64,000 nucleotides of DNA, from assembly GCF_009914755.1 (NCBI RefSeq), contig NC_060933.1; one strand, written 5' to 3'. Below, piece after piece: positions 44,417-57,562 of this stretch. Made by a program: the position numbers and the translations under genes. This DNA comes from the human T2T-CHM13v2.0 reference genome, Homo sapiens. The number at the start of each line of letters is the position of its first letter. Positions within the stretch are counted from its first letter, which is position 1. The notes under the pieces are model-generated. The model was given only the letters and a program-made list of their open reading frames with translations. It did not search any database and was not told the DNA's origin.

Positions 44417-46752
44417 CAGTTACATCCTCAAGATACTTTACTTTGGGTTCAGTTACAGACCACTGCAATAAAGCATATACTGCAATAAAGCGAGTCACAC
44501 AATATTTTTTGTTTCCCAATACATGTAAAAGTTATGTTTACACTATATTGTAATCCACTAAGTGTGCAACACCAATACATCTAAAAGAAAACACATACAT
44601 GCCTTAATTTAAAAATACTTTATTGCTAAAAAATGCTAACAATTATCTGAGCCTTAAGCAAGTCTAATCTTTTTGCTGGTGGAGGGTCTTGCCTTCATGT
44701 TGATGGTTGCTGAATATTGGAAAGATTCTGGCAGTTTTTAAAAGACAACAACAATGAAGTTTGCTGCATCGATTGATTCATCTCATGAAAGAGTCCTCTG
44801 TAGCATGTGATGCTGTTTGGTAACATTTTACTCACAGTTGAACTTCTTTCAAAATTGGTGTCAATCCTCTCAAACCCTGCCACTGCTTTATTAATTAAGT
44901 TTATATAATATTCTAAATCCTTTGTCATCATTTCAACACTGTTCACAGCAACTTCACCAAGAGTAGATTCCATCTCAAGAAACCACTTTCTTTGCTCATC
45001 CGTAAAAAGCAACTCCTCATCCATTCAAGTTTTATTATGATATTGCAGCAATTCAGTCACATCTTCAGGCTTTACTTCTCATACTAGTTCTCTTGTTATT
45101 TCTACCACATCTGCAGTGACTTCCTCAACACTGAAGTTTTGAACCCCTCAAAGTCATCCATGAGGGCTAGAATCAACCTCTCCCAAATTCCTGTTCATGT
45201 TGGTATTTTGATCTCCTCCCATGAATCATGAATGTCCTTAATGGCATCTAGAATGATGAATCCTTTCCAGAACATTTTCTATTTACTTTTCCCAGATCCA
45301 TTTTAGAAATTACTATCCATGGCAGCTATAGCATTATGAAATTTGTTTCTTAAAGAGTAAGACTTGAAAGTTGAAATCACTCCTTGATCCATGGGCTGCA
45401 GAATGGATGTTATGTTCGCAGAAATGAAAATAAGAATCTCCTTATACATCTCCATCAGAAGTCTTGGGTAGACAGGTGCATTGTCAATAACCAGTAATAT
45501 TTTGAAAGAAGGCTTTTTCTCTGAGCAGTAGGTAACAAAATAGTGATCTTAAAATGTTCTGTAAACCATGCTATAAACAGATGTGCTGTCATCCAGGCTT
45601 TGTTCTTCCATTTATAGAGCACAGGCAGATTAGATGTAACGTAATTCTTAAGGGACCCAGGATTGTTGGAACTAGAGATGACCATTGGCTTCACTTTAAA
45701 GTCACCAGGTGCATTATCCCCTAACAAGAGAGTCAGCCTGTCCTTTGAAGCTTTGAAGCCAGATATTGACTTCTCTCTAGTTATCAAGCTCCTAGATAGC
45801 ATCTTCTTCCAATAGAAGAGTGTTTCATCTACACTGAAAATCTCTTGTGTTTAACATAGCCACCATCATCAGTGATCTTAGCCAGATTTTCTGGATAACT
45901 TGCTGCTTTAACTTGCACTTTTATGTAAGAGAGACTGTTTCTTTCCTAAAACCTTATGAACCAACCTCTGCTAGCTTCCAACTTTTCCTCTGCAGCTTCC
46001 TCACGTGTCTCAGCCTTCATAGAATTGAAGAGAGGTAGTAGGGCTTGCTCTGGATTAGGCACTAGATTAAGGGAATGTTATAGCAGGTTTGATCTTCTAA
46101 CCAGACCACTAAAACTTTCTTCGTATCAGCAATGAGACTATTTTACTTCTTATCAATTTTTTTGTGTTCACTGGTGTAGCTCTTCTAATGTTCTTCAAGA
46201 GCTTTTTCTTTGCATTCACAACTTGGCTGTTTGGAGCAAGAGACCTGTCTTGGCTTTTGACATACCTTCCCCACTAAGCTTAATCATTTCTAGCTTCTGA
46301 TTTAAAGTGAAAGATGTACAACTTTTTCTTTGTCTTGAACACTTAGATGCCACTGTAGGATTATTAATTAGCCTAATTTTAATATTGCTGCATCTCAGGG
46401 GATAGGGAGGTGGCCCCAGGAGAGGAAGCAAGATGGGCAAATGGCCATTCAGATGAGCAGTCAGAATACAAACATTTATCAATTAAGTTCATCTTTTTAT
46501 ATGAGCATGGTTCATGGTACCCCAAAACAATTACAATAGTAACATCAAAGATCACTGATCACACATAACCGTAACAGATAATAATGAAAAGTTTTGAAAA
46601 TTTTACACAGAGACATAAAGTATGCACACACTGTTAGAAAATCATGCCAGTAGATTTGCTTAGCACAGGGTTGCCACAAACCTTCAATTTGTAACAAATG
46701 CAGGATCCATGAAGTGCAATAAAGCAAAGTACAATAAAGTGAGGTATGCCTG
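44417..46752 (-). mobile_element. Near-full-length Tigger1 (TcMar) DNA transposon fossil
   Basis: TA on both sides; TIR caggcatacctc intact at the right end and degenerate at the left. Transposase fragments include RKSCTSFTLNQKLEMIKLS, FKASKDRLTLLLG, NKAWMT and [18 protein letters not shown]. Confidence 0.92.
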
Positions 46753-47568
46753 TATTATGAAGGCAGCTTCTCAAAGGCCTGTTAGTTGCTTCTCCTGGGT
46801 CTTGAGTTCCAAGAACTCCACATCCATGGCAGGCCTGCCCTTCGAAGCATCTCTACCCTATTCTCATCTGCACGAGGAATAGCAGGCTGGGAGGCCCTGG
46901 GAACAGGACCAAGACCCAAGGCTCAGATGGGCCAAGAGAGGTTTCCTGGCTACTCACTATGGCCTCTGATTCCAAGGAGGAGGGAGGAATTTGGATGTGA
47001 TTTTTGTGCAAATATTCCTCTTATTTAGTATTCCTCTTATTTAGCTGACTAAGGTTTCTAGCTCCCAGATAAGTTCTTCAGCCATAGTGACCAACCTAGG
47101 GGCTGCTACCACTCCTTTTTCTGCCTAAATACTCTCTCAGAAAATCCTAAGGCAGTTGGGAAAATGAGGACTATGAGAAAATATGAAAGATTCCCTGGCA
47201 AATGTGCTTAGGAGTAGTAAGGTTCATATTTACCGACTAAAATCTCATCAGCCTCACCAGGGCTGACCAAACAGGATTCATGGAGCCAGCACCTTGATAG
47301 CATATGGCCCTTTTTTTTTCCTTCAAAGTAGATGTGATAGGGAGACACGCATTTGCCTATTTCAGTCAGGCTAAAAAGCTTTATTTGTTTCAGCTGCAGT
47401 TTCAAAAGTATATTTGCCTTCATACACATATAGTTTTCCTGGCTTTTATTGGAAAATGGAACGAGCATTTTACTCCAGGCTACAATTAGGGTTGGAGGGT
47501 ATAGGTGCCCGGATCCCAGGAGATCCCCAGTGGACTGATTTCTCTCCCCAAGGCCATTTCTACACTCA

Positions 47569-47995
<427 letters not shown>

Positions 47996-48096
47996 TCAGG
48001 TAAGAGCTGGGTCAGCACACAAGTAGCAGCTCTGTCCTATTCCAGGCCTTCAATCCATTGGCCAAGTGGAAAAGCTGGAAGATACCTCTCCCTAAA

Positions 48097-50615
48097 TGTA
48101 TCAGTTAGCTATCACCTCACACATACACATGCTGCATTTTAAAAAGCCCAAACTTGGTGACTTAAAACAACAATCAATTGTTCTTACTGATCTTACTTAG
48201 TTCAGCTGATCTAAGCTGGGTTTGGCTGGAGTGACTTGACTGTTCTCCACATTTCTCTCATCTTCCTCTTGGGATCGTCAGGCCAGTCCCGGCATGACTT
48301 TCTAATATAATGGCAAAGGCACAACAGCACAAGCAAAAGCTCCCAAGATCTCTTGTGGTCTAGGTTTGGAACTGGTACATTATCATCTCTGCCTCAGTTT
48401 TTTATTGTGGTAAGAGATACATAAAATTTACAATTTCAACTCTTTTTAAGTGCACAGTTTGATGCCATTGCATACATCTACCTTGTTGTGCAGCTATCAT
48501 CACTGTCTCCAGAATTTTTTCATCAACTGAAACTCTGCACTCCTCCTCCCTCTCTTCTCCCAGCCTCTGGTAGCCACTATTCCACTTTCTGTTTCTATGA
48601 ATTTGGCTGCTCCAGGTACCTCATATAAGTGGAATCATACAATATTTGTCCTTTTATATCTGACTTCCTTCATTTAGCATAATGTTTTCAAGGCTCATCC
48701 ATGTTGTAGCATATGTCAGAATGTCATTCCTTAAGGCTGTATAATATTCCATCATACATATATACCACATTTTGTTTATCTACCCATTGATTATTGGATA
48801 TTTGAGTGGTTTAAATCTTTTGGGTATTATGAATAATGCTGCTATGAACATAGGTGTACAAATATCTTTTAAAGTTCCTGCTTTCAATTCTTTTGAATAT
48901 ATACCCTAAAGTGGAATTGCTGGAGCATATGATAATCCTATATTTAATTTTTTGAGGGGCCACCATACTGTTTTCCACAACAGCTGTTCCATTTTATATT
49001 CCCACTAGCAATGCACAAGGGTTCCAATTTTTTCACATATTTGCAAACATTTATATTTTGGGTTTCTTTTAATAATAGCCATCCTGGTGGGTATGCAGTG
49101 GTAACTCATGGTGGCTTTAATTTGCATTTTCCTAATGATTAATTGAGCATCTTTTCATGTGTTTATTGGCCATTCATGTATCTCTTTTGGAGAAATGTCT
49201 GCTCAAGTCCTTTGCTTATTTGGGCATTTGCCTGAACCGGGTTGTTTGTTAGTTATCAAATTTTAAGAGTTCTTTTTATATTCTGGATATTAATCTCATC
49301 AGATCTATGATTTGCAAATATTTTCTCTCATTCTGTGAGTTGCTTTTTCACTCACTTGATGGTGTCTTATGATGTGTCAAAGATTTAAATTTTGATGGAA
49401 TCCACTTGATTTTTTCATTTGTTGCCTATATTTTAGTGTCATATCTAAGAAATCATTGCCAAACCCAATGTCATTAAAGTTTTCCCCTGCGATTTTTTTT
49501 AAGAGTTTTATGCTTTCAGCTCTTAGGTTTAGGTCTTTCATCCATTTTGAGTTAATTTTTATATATAGTGTAAGTCATTTGTTCACATATGGATATCCAT
49601 TTTCCCAGAACCATTTGTTGGCAAGACTGTCCTTTCCCCATTGAATGGTCTTAGCAACCTTGTCAAAAATCATTTGACTACATATTTAAAAGTCTGTTTC
49701 CGGTCTCTATTCTGTTCTTTTGTTCTCTGTGTCTGTTTTATGCCAGTACAGTACTGTTTTGATTACTATCACTTTGTATTAAGTTTTGAAATCAGGAACT
49801 ATGAATCCTCTTTGTTCTTCTTTTTCAAGGTTGTTTAGTTATTCTGGGTTTTTGATATTCCATATAAATTTTAGCATGAGATTCTCTATTTGCAAAATAT
49901 ATCATTGGGATTTGATGGGGATTGCATTGAATCTGTAGATCACTATGAGTAGTATTGACATCCTAACAGTATTAAGTCTCCTAATCCGTAAACATGAGAT
50001 GTCCTCCCATGAATTTATATCTTCTTTAATTTGTTTCAGCCGTATTTTGTCGTTTTCAGTGTTCAAGATTTTTGTCTCTCAGTCCATTTTGTGCTGCTAT
50101 AACAGAATACCTGAGACTAGGTAATTTATAATGAACAGAAATTTAGTGGCTCACAGTCCTCCTTTGCATCCTCCAAAAGGGAGGAAAGCTTTGTCTTCAC
50201 ATGCTCTTCAAAAGCACAAAGAGACAAATAAGGGCTGAATTCACCCTTTTATAATGGCATTAATCCAACCCATGAGGACAGAGCCCTCATGGCCTGATCA
50301 CCTCTTACTACTGTTACAATAGCAATTAAATTTCAACAGGAGTTTTGGAGGAGACAAATATCTGAACCATAGTAGCCTCCTTGGTTAAGTTTATTCCTAA
50401 GTATTTTCTTCTTTTTGATGCTGTTGTGAGTGAACTTGTTTTTCTTTTCTGATTGTTATTGTAACATCTGTCTCATTTTTGTCATCTAAATAACTCACAT
50501 GGCCAAAGCCAAGAGGGGGAAGTATAACCGCTTTCTCATGGGAGGGCACTGTCAAGTGGCATGGGCTAGTCAGCGGATACATGAAGGAGTGAAGAATTGG
50601 ATCATATAACACTAC
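48097..50615 (-). mobile_element. Nested set: MLT1H/J-like LTR (48097-48396 and 50460-50615) containing L1MB (48397-50455), which contains an MSTD/MSTC-like LTR (50075-50374)
   Basis: Each outer element resumes in register after the inner one. Confidence 0.7.
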
Positions 50616-50978
50616 ATCCCATACTGAGCTTCCAGGGGTCCATTTTTAGGTTATCTTTTTAGAACCCTCCCTTCCAAATAGTCTGCTCCTACCCTCTCAC
50701 TACTACCTCAGGAAAAACAAAAATGAAGGGGAAAAAAATAAGTGAGCAAAGAAACGAAGGAGGTAGCAAGGTGCCCAGCTGAACAAGTAGCAGGTATGGG
50801 GGAAAGAACACGGTCCAGGCGTCGGATAGAAGGCCTGCCGCACAATCTCAGGAAGGTCTCCTAACCTCTCTAGGCCTCTGTTTCTTCCTCTAGTGGTGAA
50901 CTAGATGATTTCTAGGGATTCCCAATCTTGTGTAAATTTTAACAGTTCTATCTCTGGATTCAAAAACAAGAAATGCTA

Positions 50979-51134
50979 GGCCAGGTGTGGTGGCTCACTT
51001 CTGTAATCCTTGCACTTTGAGAGGCTGAGGCGAGCAGATCACTTGAGGCCAGGAGTTCAAGACCAGCCTGGCCAACATGGTGAAACCTTGTCTCTACTTA
51101 AAAATATGTATGTGTATATATACATGTGAGTGTG

Positions 51135-51184
<50 letters not shown>

Positions 51185-51355
51185 TACACATACATACATA
51201 CAAGTATATACATACATACACACACACAGAAATTATCTGGACATGGTGGTGCACACCTGTAATTGTAGCTACTTGGGAGTTGGAGGTTGCTGTGAGCTAC
51301 GATTGCACCACTGCACTCCAGCTTGGGTGACCGAGCGAGACCCTGTCAACAAAGA
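50979..51355 (+). mobile_element. Alu whose middle A-rich linker has expanded into a TG/TA/CA microsatellite
   Basis: Left arm to about 51103, (TA)19 at 51139-51176, right arm from about 51232. Confidence 0.9.
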
Positions 51356-51428
51356 AATGAAACATTAGAAAAAATCCCTTCTCTCTATAGTTGCATAGGC
51401 ACCCACACATCCACAGAGGGTAGCCGCC

Positions 51429-51796
51429 TGTCTTAGTCCAGTCAGGCTGATATAACAGACATATAAAAACTAGTGGCTTATAAACAAACAAAACAAATTT
51501 GTTTTTTACAGTTCTGGAGTCTGGCAAGTCCCAGGTCAGTGCAGCCGCAGATTTGATATCGGTGAGGGCTTGCTGTCTGCTTCATAGATGGCAGCTTCTC
51601 ATTGTGTCCCACATGGTGGAAGGGCCAAGGCAGCTCTCTCCAGGGCCTCTTTTATGGGGACACTAATCTCATTCGTGAGGACAGAGCCCATGTGACAGAA
51701 TCACCTCCCAAAGGCCCCACCCTCTGATACCATCACCTTGGTGATTAGAATTCAATATGAATCTAGGGGGTATACACAAACCCTCAGACTATAGCA
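51429..51796 (-). mobile_element. MLT1A0-like LTR
   Basis: tgtcttagtccagtcaggctg...cagactatagca. Confidence 0.82.
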
Positions 51797-52760
51797 CCAT
51801 CTTTGTGTCTCGTATCTCATCATCTCCTGCCTTGCATCTGCAGTTTTATGAGTGTACTTTCTAAAAATCTTATACCAGCTGAGATCTCCCTAGAAGAGGG
51901 AAGATAGTCTTAATTATCTTAACTGTCCCCAGAGCAGTAGGTACCAAACAGATGTTTTTCTAAGTGAACTGAGGGGGAAAAAATCTATAGATTCTTTAAT
52001 TTTCAATGACTTACTGCATTTTACACTTCCAAAGAAATTCTCTGTGGAAGGTAAGTTGCTGGGGCACAACAGCAAATTCAGCAAGTACCCTGACCTTCAA
52101 GGAATTTCTCTCACAACTGCAACCTGTTTATCTTACCGATTCTATGCTACAAAGTCTTGGGTAGACATTTGAGTTTATTATATCAAAATATGTTTGATGG
52201 CTCTGTAGATGTGTATAATATTGTACATGTCCAGTGCAGGCTTGGCAAAAGTCTTCAGAAGACAAAGCCTTATGCAGAAAAAAGATCCATGTCTAAAATT
52301 GCTTTCCTAGTCTCTGATTGGAAAAATCTCATAACAAGTAAAATGAGGGAATATGATACTTTTACCAAATCAAGTTTGTTTCTTAACTATTACTATATAG
52401 TATGGTATTTTTTCCCAACATATCGTATTTGAAGAAGGAATTTCTGTCAGAAAAAAATCACTATAAGAACTACTTACCTTGAAAAAACTGTTCAATGAAT
52501 GAAGATTAATTGTATCTTTTTTTAAAGTTAGTATAGGGACATAAACAGAAAGAAATAGGTACTTTTGTTATCCAGTAATTTTACTTAATTGAATGAATCA
52601 TAGTCACCCTCCTAGAAATTCAGAGAATAAAAACATCTCCTGTTTGCTCAGGAATGGCAAATGTAATAAAAATGCCACAGACAAGGCCACATTGTGTGTA
52701 CAATTTCTAGAGCCACAAAGACAGTAAACCAGTGCACCAGCAATGTGTTCCTTATGGCTT

Positions 52761-52793
52761 TACTAAGGCTTACTTCTTTTCCTCTCCTTCTAG
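52761..52793 (+). promoter_or_regulatory. Branch point (TACTAAG), polypyrimidine tract and 3' splice site
   Basis: Near-perfect TACTAAC-type branch sequence at 52761-52767, about 27 nt upstream of the AG. Confidence 0.75.
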
Positions 52794-53006
52794 GCTGCCC
52801 CATCAAAGGTCACCCTGTCCCTAATATCACCTGGTTTCATGGTGGTCAGCCAATTGTCACTGCCACAGGACTGACGCATCACATCTTGGCAGCTGGACAG
52901 ATCCTTCAAGTTGCAAACCTTAGCGGTGGGTCTCAAGGGGAATTCAGCTGCCTTGCTCAGAATGAGGCAGGGGTGCTCATGCAGAAGGCATCTTTAGTGA
53001 TCCAAG
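52794..53006 (+). CDS. ADAMTSL1: ADAMTSL1 internal coding exon (213 bp; Ig-like domain; probably exon 24)
   Basis: Polypyrimidine tract and tag| acceptor at 52793; donor CAAG|gtaag at 53007. Translates G-CPIKGHPVPNITWFHGG...GEFSCLAQNEAGVLMQKASLVIQ, an Ig C...W...C pattern. Phase 1 in, phase 1 out. Confidence 0.95.
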
Positions 53007-54214
53007 GTAAGAAACCCTGCAGACTTTGCATACTGGACTTGAACAAGAAAGCCCACTTGGGAATCTAACTATCTAGCAGAACAAAGAGATTTCTGATCTC
53101 CAGTGGTACTCAAGGCATGAAAACCAAAGCCATGCCATGTTTCCATACAGTGAGACCCTACTTCTGTCAACATGGCCCTTCAGAAGAGCCATCATGCCCC
53201 ATCCCAGCAGAACCTGGAAAAGCCAGTGCTGCCTTCATAAATAGGCCCTTCTGCTTTTAATGCTGCTGTTGCTCAGGACCATGGAAACACCACTATATAT
53301 CAAAGTCAGATGTGATTCTTTTATGCTGATTTAACTAGTACAGATCTCACACACACAGAGTAGCCTGTTTGGTTACTGCCTCCTGCCTGGAGAGACAGGC
53401 CTGATGCCAGTGCCTGCTGATCATTCTGAAGAGTCTTCAGCTTTAGTCATAAGCTGAGGGCTTTCCAGGCACCTTTCATTTGGCCCTGGCAAAGAACAGA
53501 CTGCGAAGCCCACATGGCTCATGCATTAACCTTCCAGGAAAACAGGCAGGTCAGAAAGCCTTTGGGTGGGGCCTGGCCTTCACTGCACCAAGAAAGAGTT
53601 GTAAATGAGGCCCAATCAGTGGGAAAGAGGGAAACTGGCCTTCTTATAGTGTTTTCCATAGGCTTGTTCGACCTGTGGCCTATGTGTGATGTATTCCAAA
53701 ATGAAGGATGTGATGGGAAGGGACAGAGTTTTGTGCCAATACGGCACAAAAAGATGAAGAAAGGAGGGAAATTTTTCTAAGCAGTTAAGTTTTCTTCTTA
53801 AATATCCTCCTTCACCATTTGGCTTTTCAGACAGGAAAACAAATGTTTTCAGACAAGAAAACAAATTTTCTTGGAGCCAGCTAGCCTCTGCTGAAAACCA
53901 GAAGCCAGGGCCTATTTGCAAGACTTGTAATATGCAACTTTGCAAATAAGCACTCAAAATTTACCATCTCACCTATCAGTGAGTCCCAGACCCCCAAAGC
54001 AACTGGCTTTCTTACTGACATCATTGTCTCATGTAAATAAGCACTCTCTGCATAGGCTCTTTTGGGTAACATTTGCAAAGTCCAGCTCAAATCTGTACTG
54101 TGATGGTTAAATATTTGCTATATTTATATATCTTTGTAGAAAACAAAGTCACTTTCTGGTGAACCAATGAGGAAAATAAAGTACTGTAGCCAATATCTTT
54201 AAAAATAAGATGAC

Positions 54215-54430
54215 CTGTGGCATTAATTATGCACTCTTTTATGTCAGACACTGAGCTACTTTACTTTCATTATTTCCTGTCCCCACAATAACTTGGTGAG
54301 GTGAGGTTCACTGTATTCATTTCATGGCTGAGGCCCCTAGAGACCACGTGACTTCCCCAAATAGTTCGGGAATGGTTCCCTGCGAGGAGCAGGGCCTCAT
54401 TTATAATAGCTCCTCTCCTTCAGGCCACAA
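54215..54430 (-). mobile_element. MIR fragment
   Basis: ccccacaataac...ggctgaggcccctagaga...gtgacttccccaa. Confidence 0.55.
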
Positions 54431-54530
54431 ATCCACCCCTGTCACCTTCTCCCTGCCCTGCTCAGAAGGAATTCAGAGTGTGGGCAATTATGCTATATTC
54501 TTTTCTACTCTGCTCCTCCTCCCATGACAG

Positions 54531-54711
54531 ATTACTGGTGGTCTGTGGACAGACTGGCAACCTGCTCAGCCTCCTGTGGTAACCGGGGGGTTCAGCAGCC
54601 CCGCTTGAGGTGCCTGCTGAACAGCACGGAGGTCAACCCTGCCCACTGCGCAGGGAAGGTTCGCCCTGCGGTGCAGCCCATCGCGTGCAACCGGAGAGAC
54701 TGCCCTTCTCG
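54531..54711 (+). CDS. ADAMTSL1: ADAMTSL1 internal coding exon (181 bp; TSP1 repeat)
   Basis: Acceptor cag|AT, donor CG|gtgagt. DYWWSVDRLATCSASCGNRGVQQPRLRC...CNRRDCPS. Phase 1 in matches the previous exon (G+AT=Asp); phase 2 out. Confidence 0.95.
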
Positions 54712-56799
54712 GTGAGTGCAGCGGACACTGGCTCAGACCTCCCCACCCTAGGAAGAGCCCTCCCTGTTAGCGAAGTCAGTGGCCAGCCCTTCAGTAGCAC
54801 TGTGCAGGGAGAGATGCCAGCCAAGGAGCTGTTCTTCCCTCTAGGCACAGGCTTATCAGGCCTCTCCACCTTGCTGAAAATATCCTCAGACTATGCCACC
54901 TCTCTCAGCTTTGTTTATTCCTCACCCCACTAATGGCCAACCAGGTTTCCCAAGTCCCTAACGGGGTCTGTTCAGGGAGCAAGAGCTTCCCAGGCCCTGG
55001 CAAGCCATAGACGCCCCCCATCCTACAGTAATCAACTGACTCTGAGTTGTTTGTAGAAAGCAATGTCTTTTCAATCGAAGGGCTGAGGAAACAACGATTA
55101 CTGGGTTCTGCCCACCCTCCAAGTCTAACCTTAAATACCCATGCTAATCAGTACTCCAGTTCAGTTGGGGAAATCTTATCTTCCTCTTTTCTACAAAGGC
55201 TTGCGTCTCACTAAAGTTGGAATAAATCTCTGTTTCTGATAGTAGCCTCATGCTCTGCATTTGGGTCCCTTGTGTGGCCCAGAGTGACACCTAAAGCCTC
55301 TGCCACCTTCCTTATGCTTCAAGAGGCTATGAGTCCCCCTGTGCACCTCATCCTCTGTCCTCAGCAGTAGTTAAATGGATAATAGATGGGCTTGGAGTTG
55401 GCACTGGTGCGGTGCTGAGAGCCTGGGGGGATGTGGCTCAGCTCTCAAATGCCCCTTTACTACCTATCTGTAGGACTTTCATACAATACTTAGGCAACTG
55501 CTTTCTGTTTTGCCAGCTGAGTCATAAGGAGCAGCTGAAACCAGGAGAGATTCGATGAAATATGAAACATGCTCATTAATATCAGCAGTTTGACTTGCTG
55601 ACGGGAAGGTTTCCACAGGAATGATTAATGTCCTTTTATACCCTTCCTGAACTGTAACATAGCCTGGCCCGCTCCTTTCTCAAACCCCCCCCACCCCAGC
55701 TCCTGAAAAATTGCTGAAACGTATATTTGGAAATAAAAGTTGATGGAAATGCAGGCCTGACATTCACCAGGGATATAAGAGGCTGGAAAACTGCCCTTGC
55801 CAAGCTGTGCAAAATGAAGAAGAGATCTTTGATGTGCCAGGAACTTTTTGACTTGATTTGGTGATGGTCAGAGTCAATCAGCTTAATTTACTTCTGCAAA
55901 TGAAATAATAATGGCTCTGTTTTCTTGGATTTCAATGCCCCCGGGAGTTTTTAAACACCTCTTGCCTGCTTCCTAAGTGGCTCTGCTCCTGTGGGTTGGA
56001 AATCTGCGTTCAGTCATCCCTCCACAAGGCAAAAGAGCAGGGAAGTGGCCACAAAACTAAGTAAGTCACAGTCCAGATTTAGGAGGAATTTGCTCCCCTT
56101 CCCTGCTACATGCCTCTCCTGAAAGCCAGATGTGGCGCCGCTTGGCTAGGACGTAGCCATAGGTTCACCTTTGACCCGTTTGCCTGCCAGGCATTTGGAA
56201 CACTTAGTATCCTTCTTTGCATGTGAACAAGTGTTGCCCTGGTTGTCTCTTTCAGATACAACTGGGTAACCCCGCTGTGACCCAGGTAGCTGTTTTTTAA
56301 CCATTTTGTTAGATAAATTTTCTCCATCACTAAAACCAAAGAGTGGGATTTTTTTGTTCTAGATTACATGAGCAACAGTCTCGCGATTTCCCCAAGCTCT
56401 CTCCTTCTCTTTGAGAATTATCACAGGGTGCACACATGCAACAAGAATCCCTGCCTGTTTGTATATGGACCGAGGATTTCAGAGTGTTCCTAGTTTACAG
56501 GTTGGCTTTGTGAGAAAAGTCCATCGGTCACAGTCTCACTTTTGGAACCTAACATTCAGAGAACAACTATTTCTACCATGTATGCAGCCCTCTGAGAGGT
56601 ATAAGACCTATGGACTGTCACGCGGTCACGCCAAGAGATGGAACTTTACCTGTTTCTGAGAGATTGACCAAAATGTGCAGCAGGAAGTATACCGAGCACT
56701 ACCAGACAAAACCTTGACTTCAGTGAGGCCCAGATTACTTTCCAGGTCAGGAGGTGACACAAATTTGGATCTGACTTCCCTAGAACAACTGTCTCTCCT

Positions 56800-57215
56800 G
56801 TCACATGCTTGGATCTCCTTTAGGAAGTACCAACACTGCAGTTACAAAACAACAAATTTATTCTCTTACAAGTTTGAAGGCCAAAAGTCCAAGATCAAGG
56901 TATCTATCAATCAGGAGGATCACATCACCTCCAAATCACCTCCAAAGGTTCTAGGAGAGAATCCACTTCTGGTGGCCCCAGGTGGCTTATGGCCACATCA
57001 CTCCACATTCAGCCTTCATGGTCACATTGTCTCCTCCTCCACCTCTCTGTATGAACACTTGTTATGGCAGGCATTTAGGGCCCAGCCAGATAATCCAAGA
57101 TAATCTTATCTCAAGTCCATAATTACATCTGGAAAGAACCTTGCCACATAGCATTCACAGGCACTAGGGATTTGACATGGATATCTTTTGGAGGAGTCAT
57201 TTTTCAGCCTATCAA
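56800..57215 (-). mobile_element. MLT1C/E-like LTR
   Basis: aaaacaacaaatttattctcttac...gataatccaagataatcttatctcaag...ttttcagcctatca. Confidence 0.7.
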
Positions 57216-57354
57216 TCATCTTTCCAAGTAAATACTGTAAAAAGGGCCTTGGCCCCAAATTAGTGGCAAGAGCAGGGATGTCGGTGGGGAGGAGGTCTCT
57301 TTTCCCCAGGGCCTGTCCCTTTAGGGCTCTCCTGACACTTCTTCCTCTCCCCAG

Positions 57355-57562
57355 GTGGATGGTGACCTCCTGGTCTGCCTGTACCCGGAGCTGTGGGGGA
57401 GGTGTCCAGACCCGCAGGGTGACCTGTCAAAAGCTGAAAGCCTCTGGGATCTCCACCCCTGTGTCCAATGACATGTGCACCCAGGTCGCCAAGCGGCCTG
57501 TGGACACCCAGGCCTGTAACCAGCAGCTGTGTGTGGAGTGGGCCTTCTCCAGCTGGGGCCAG
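57355..57562 (+). CDS. ADAMTSL1: ADAMTSL1 internal coding exon (208 bp; TSP1 repeat and start of the next)
   Basis: Acceptor ccccag|G, donor CAG|gtgagg. RWMVTSWSACTRSCGGGVQTRRVTC...CVEWAFSSWGQ. Phase 2 in (CG+G=Arg), phase 0 out. Confidence 0.95.

Noticed and set aside
44695-46482. Domesticated TIGD-like transposase gene
   Set aside because: Many stops and frameshifts, and the terminal repeats are still present.
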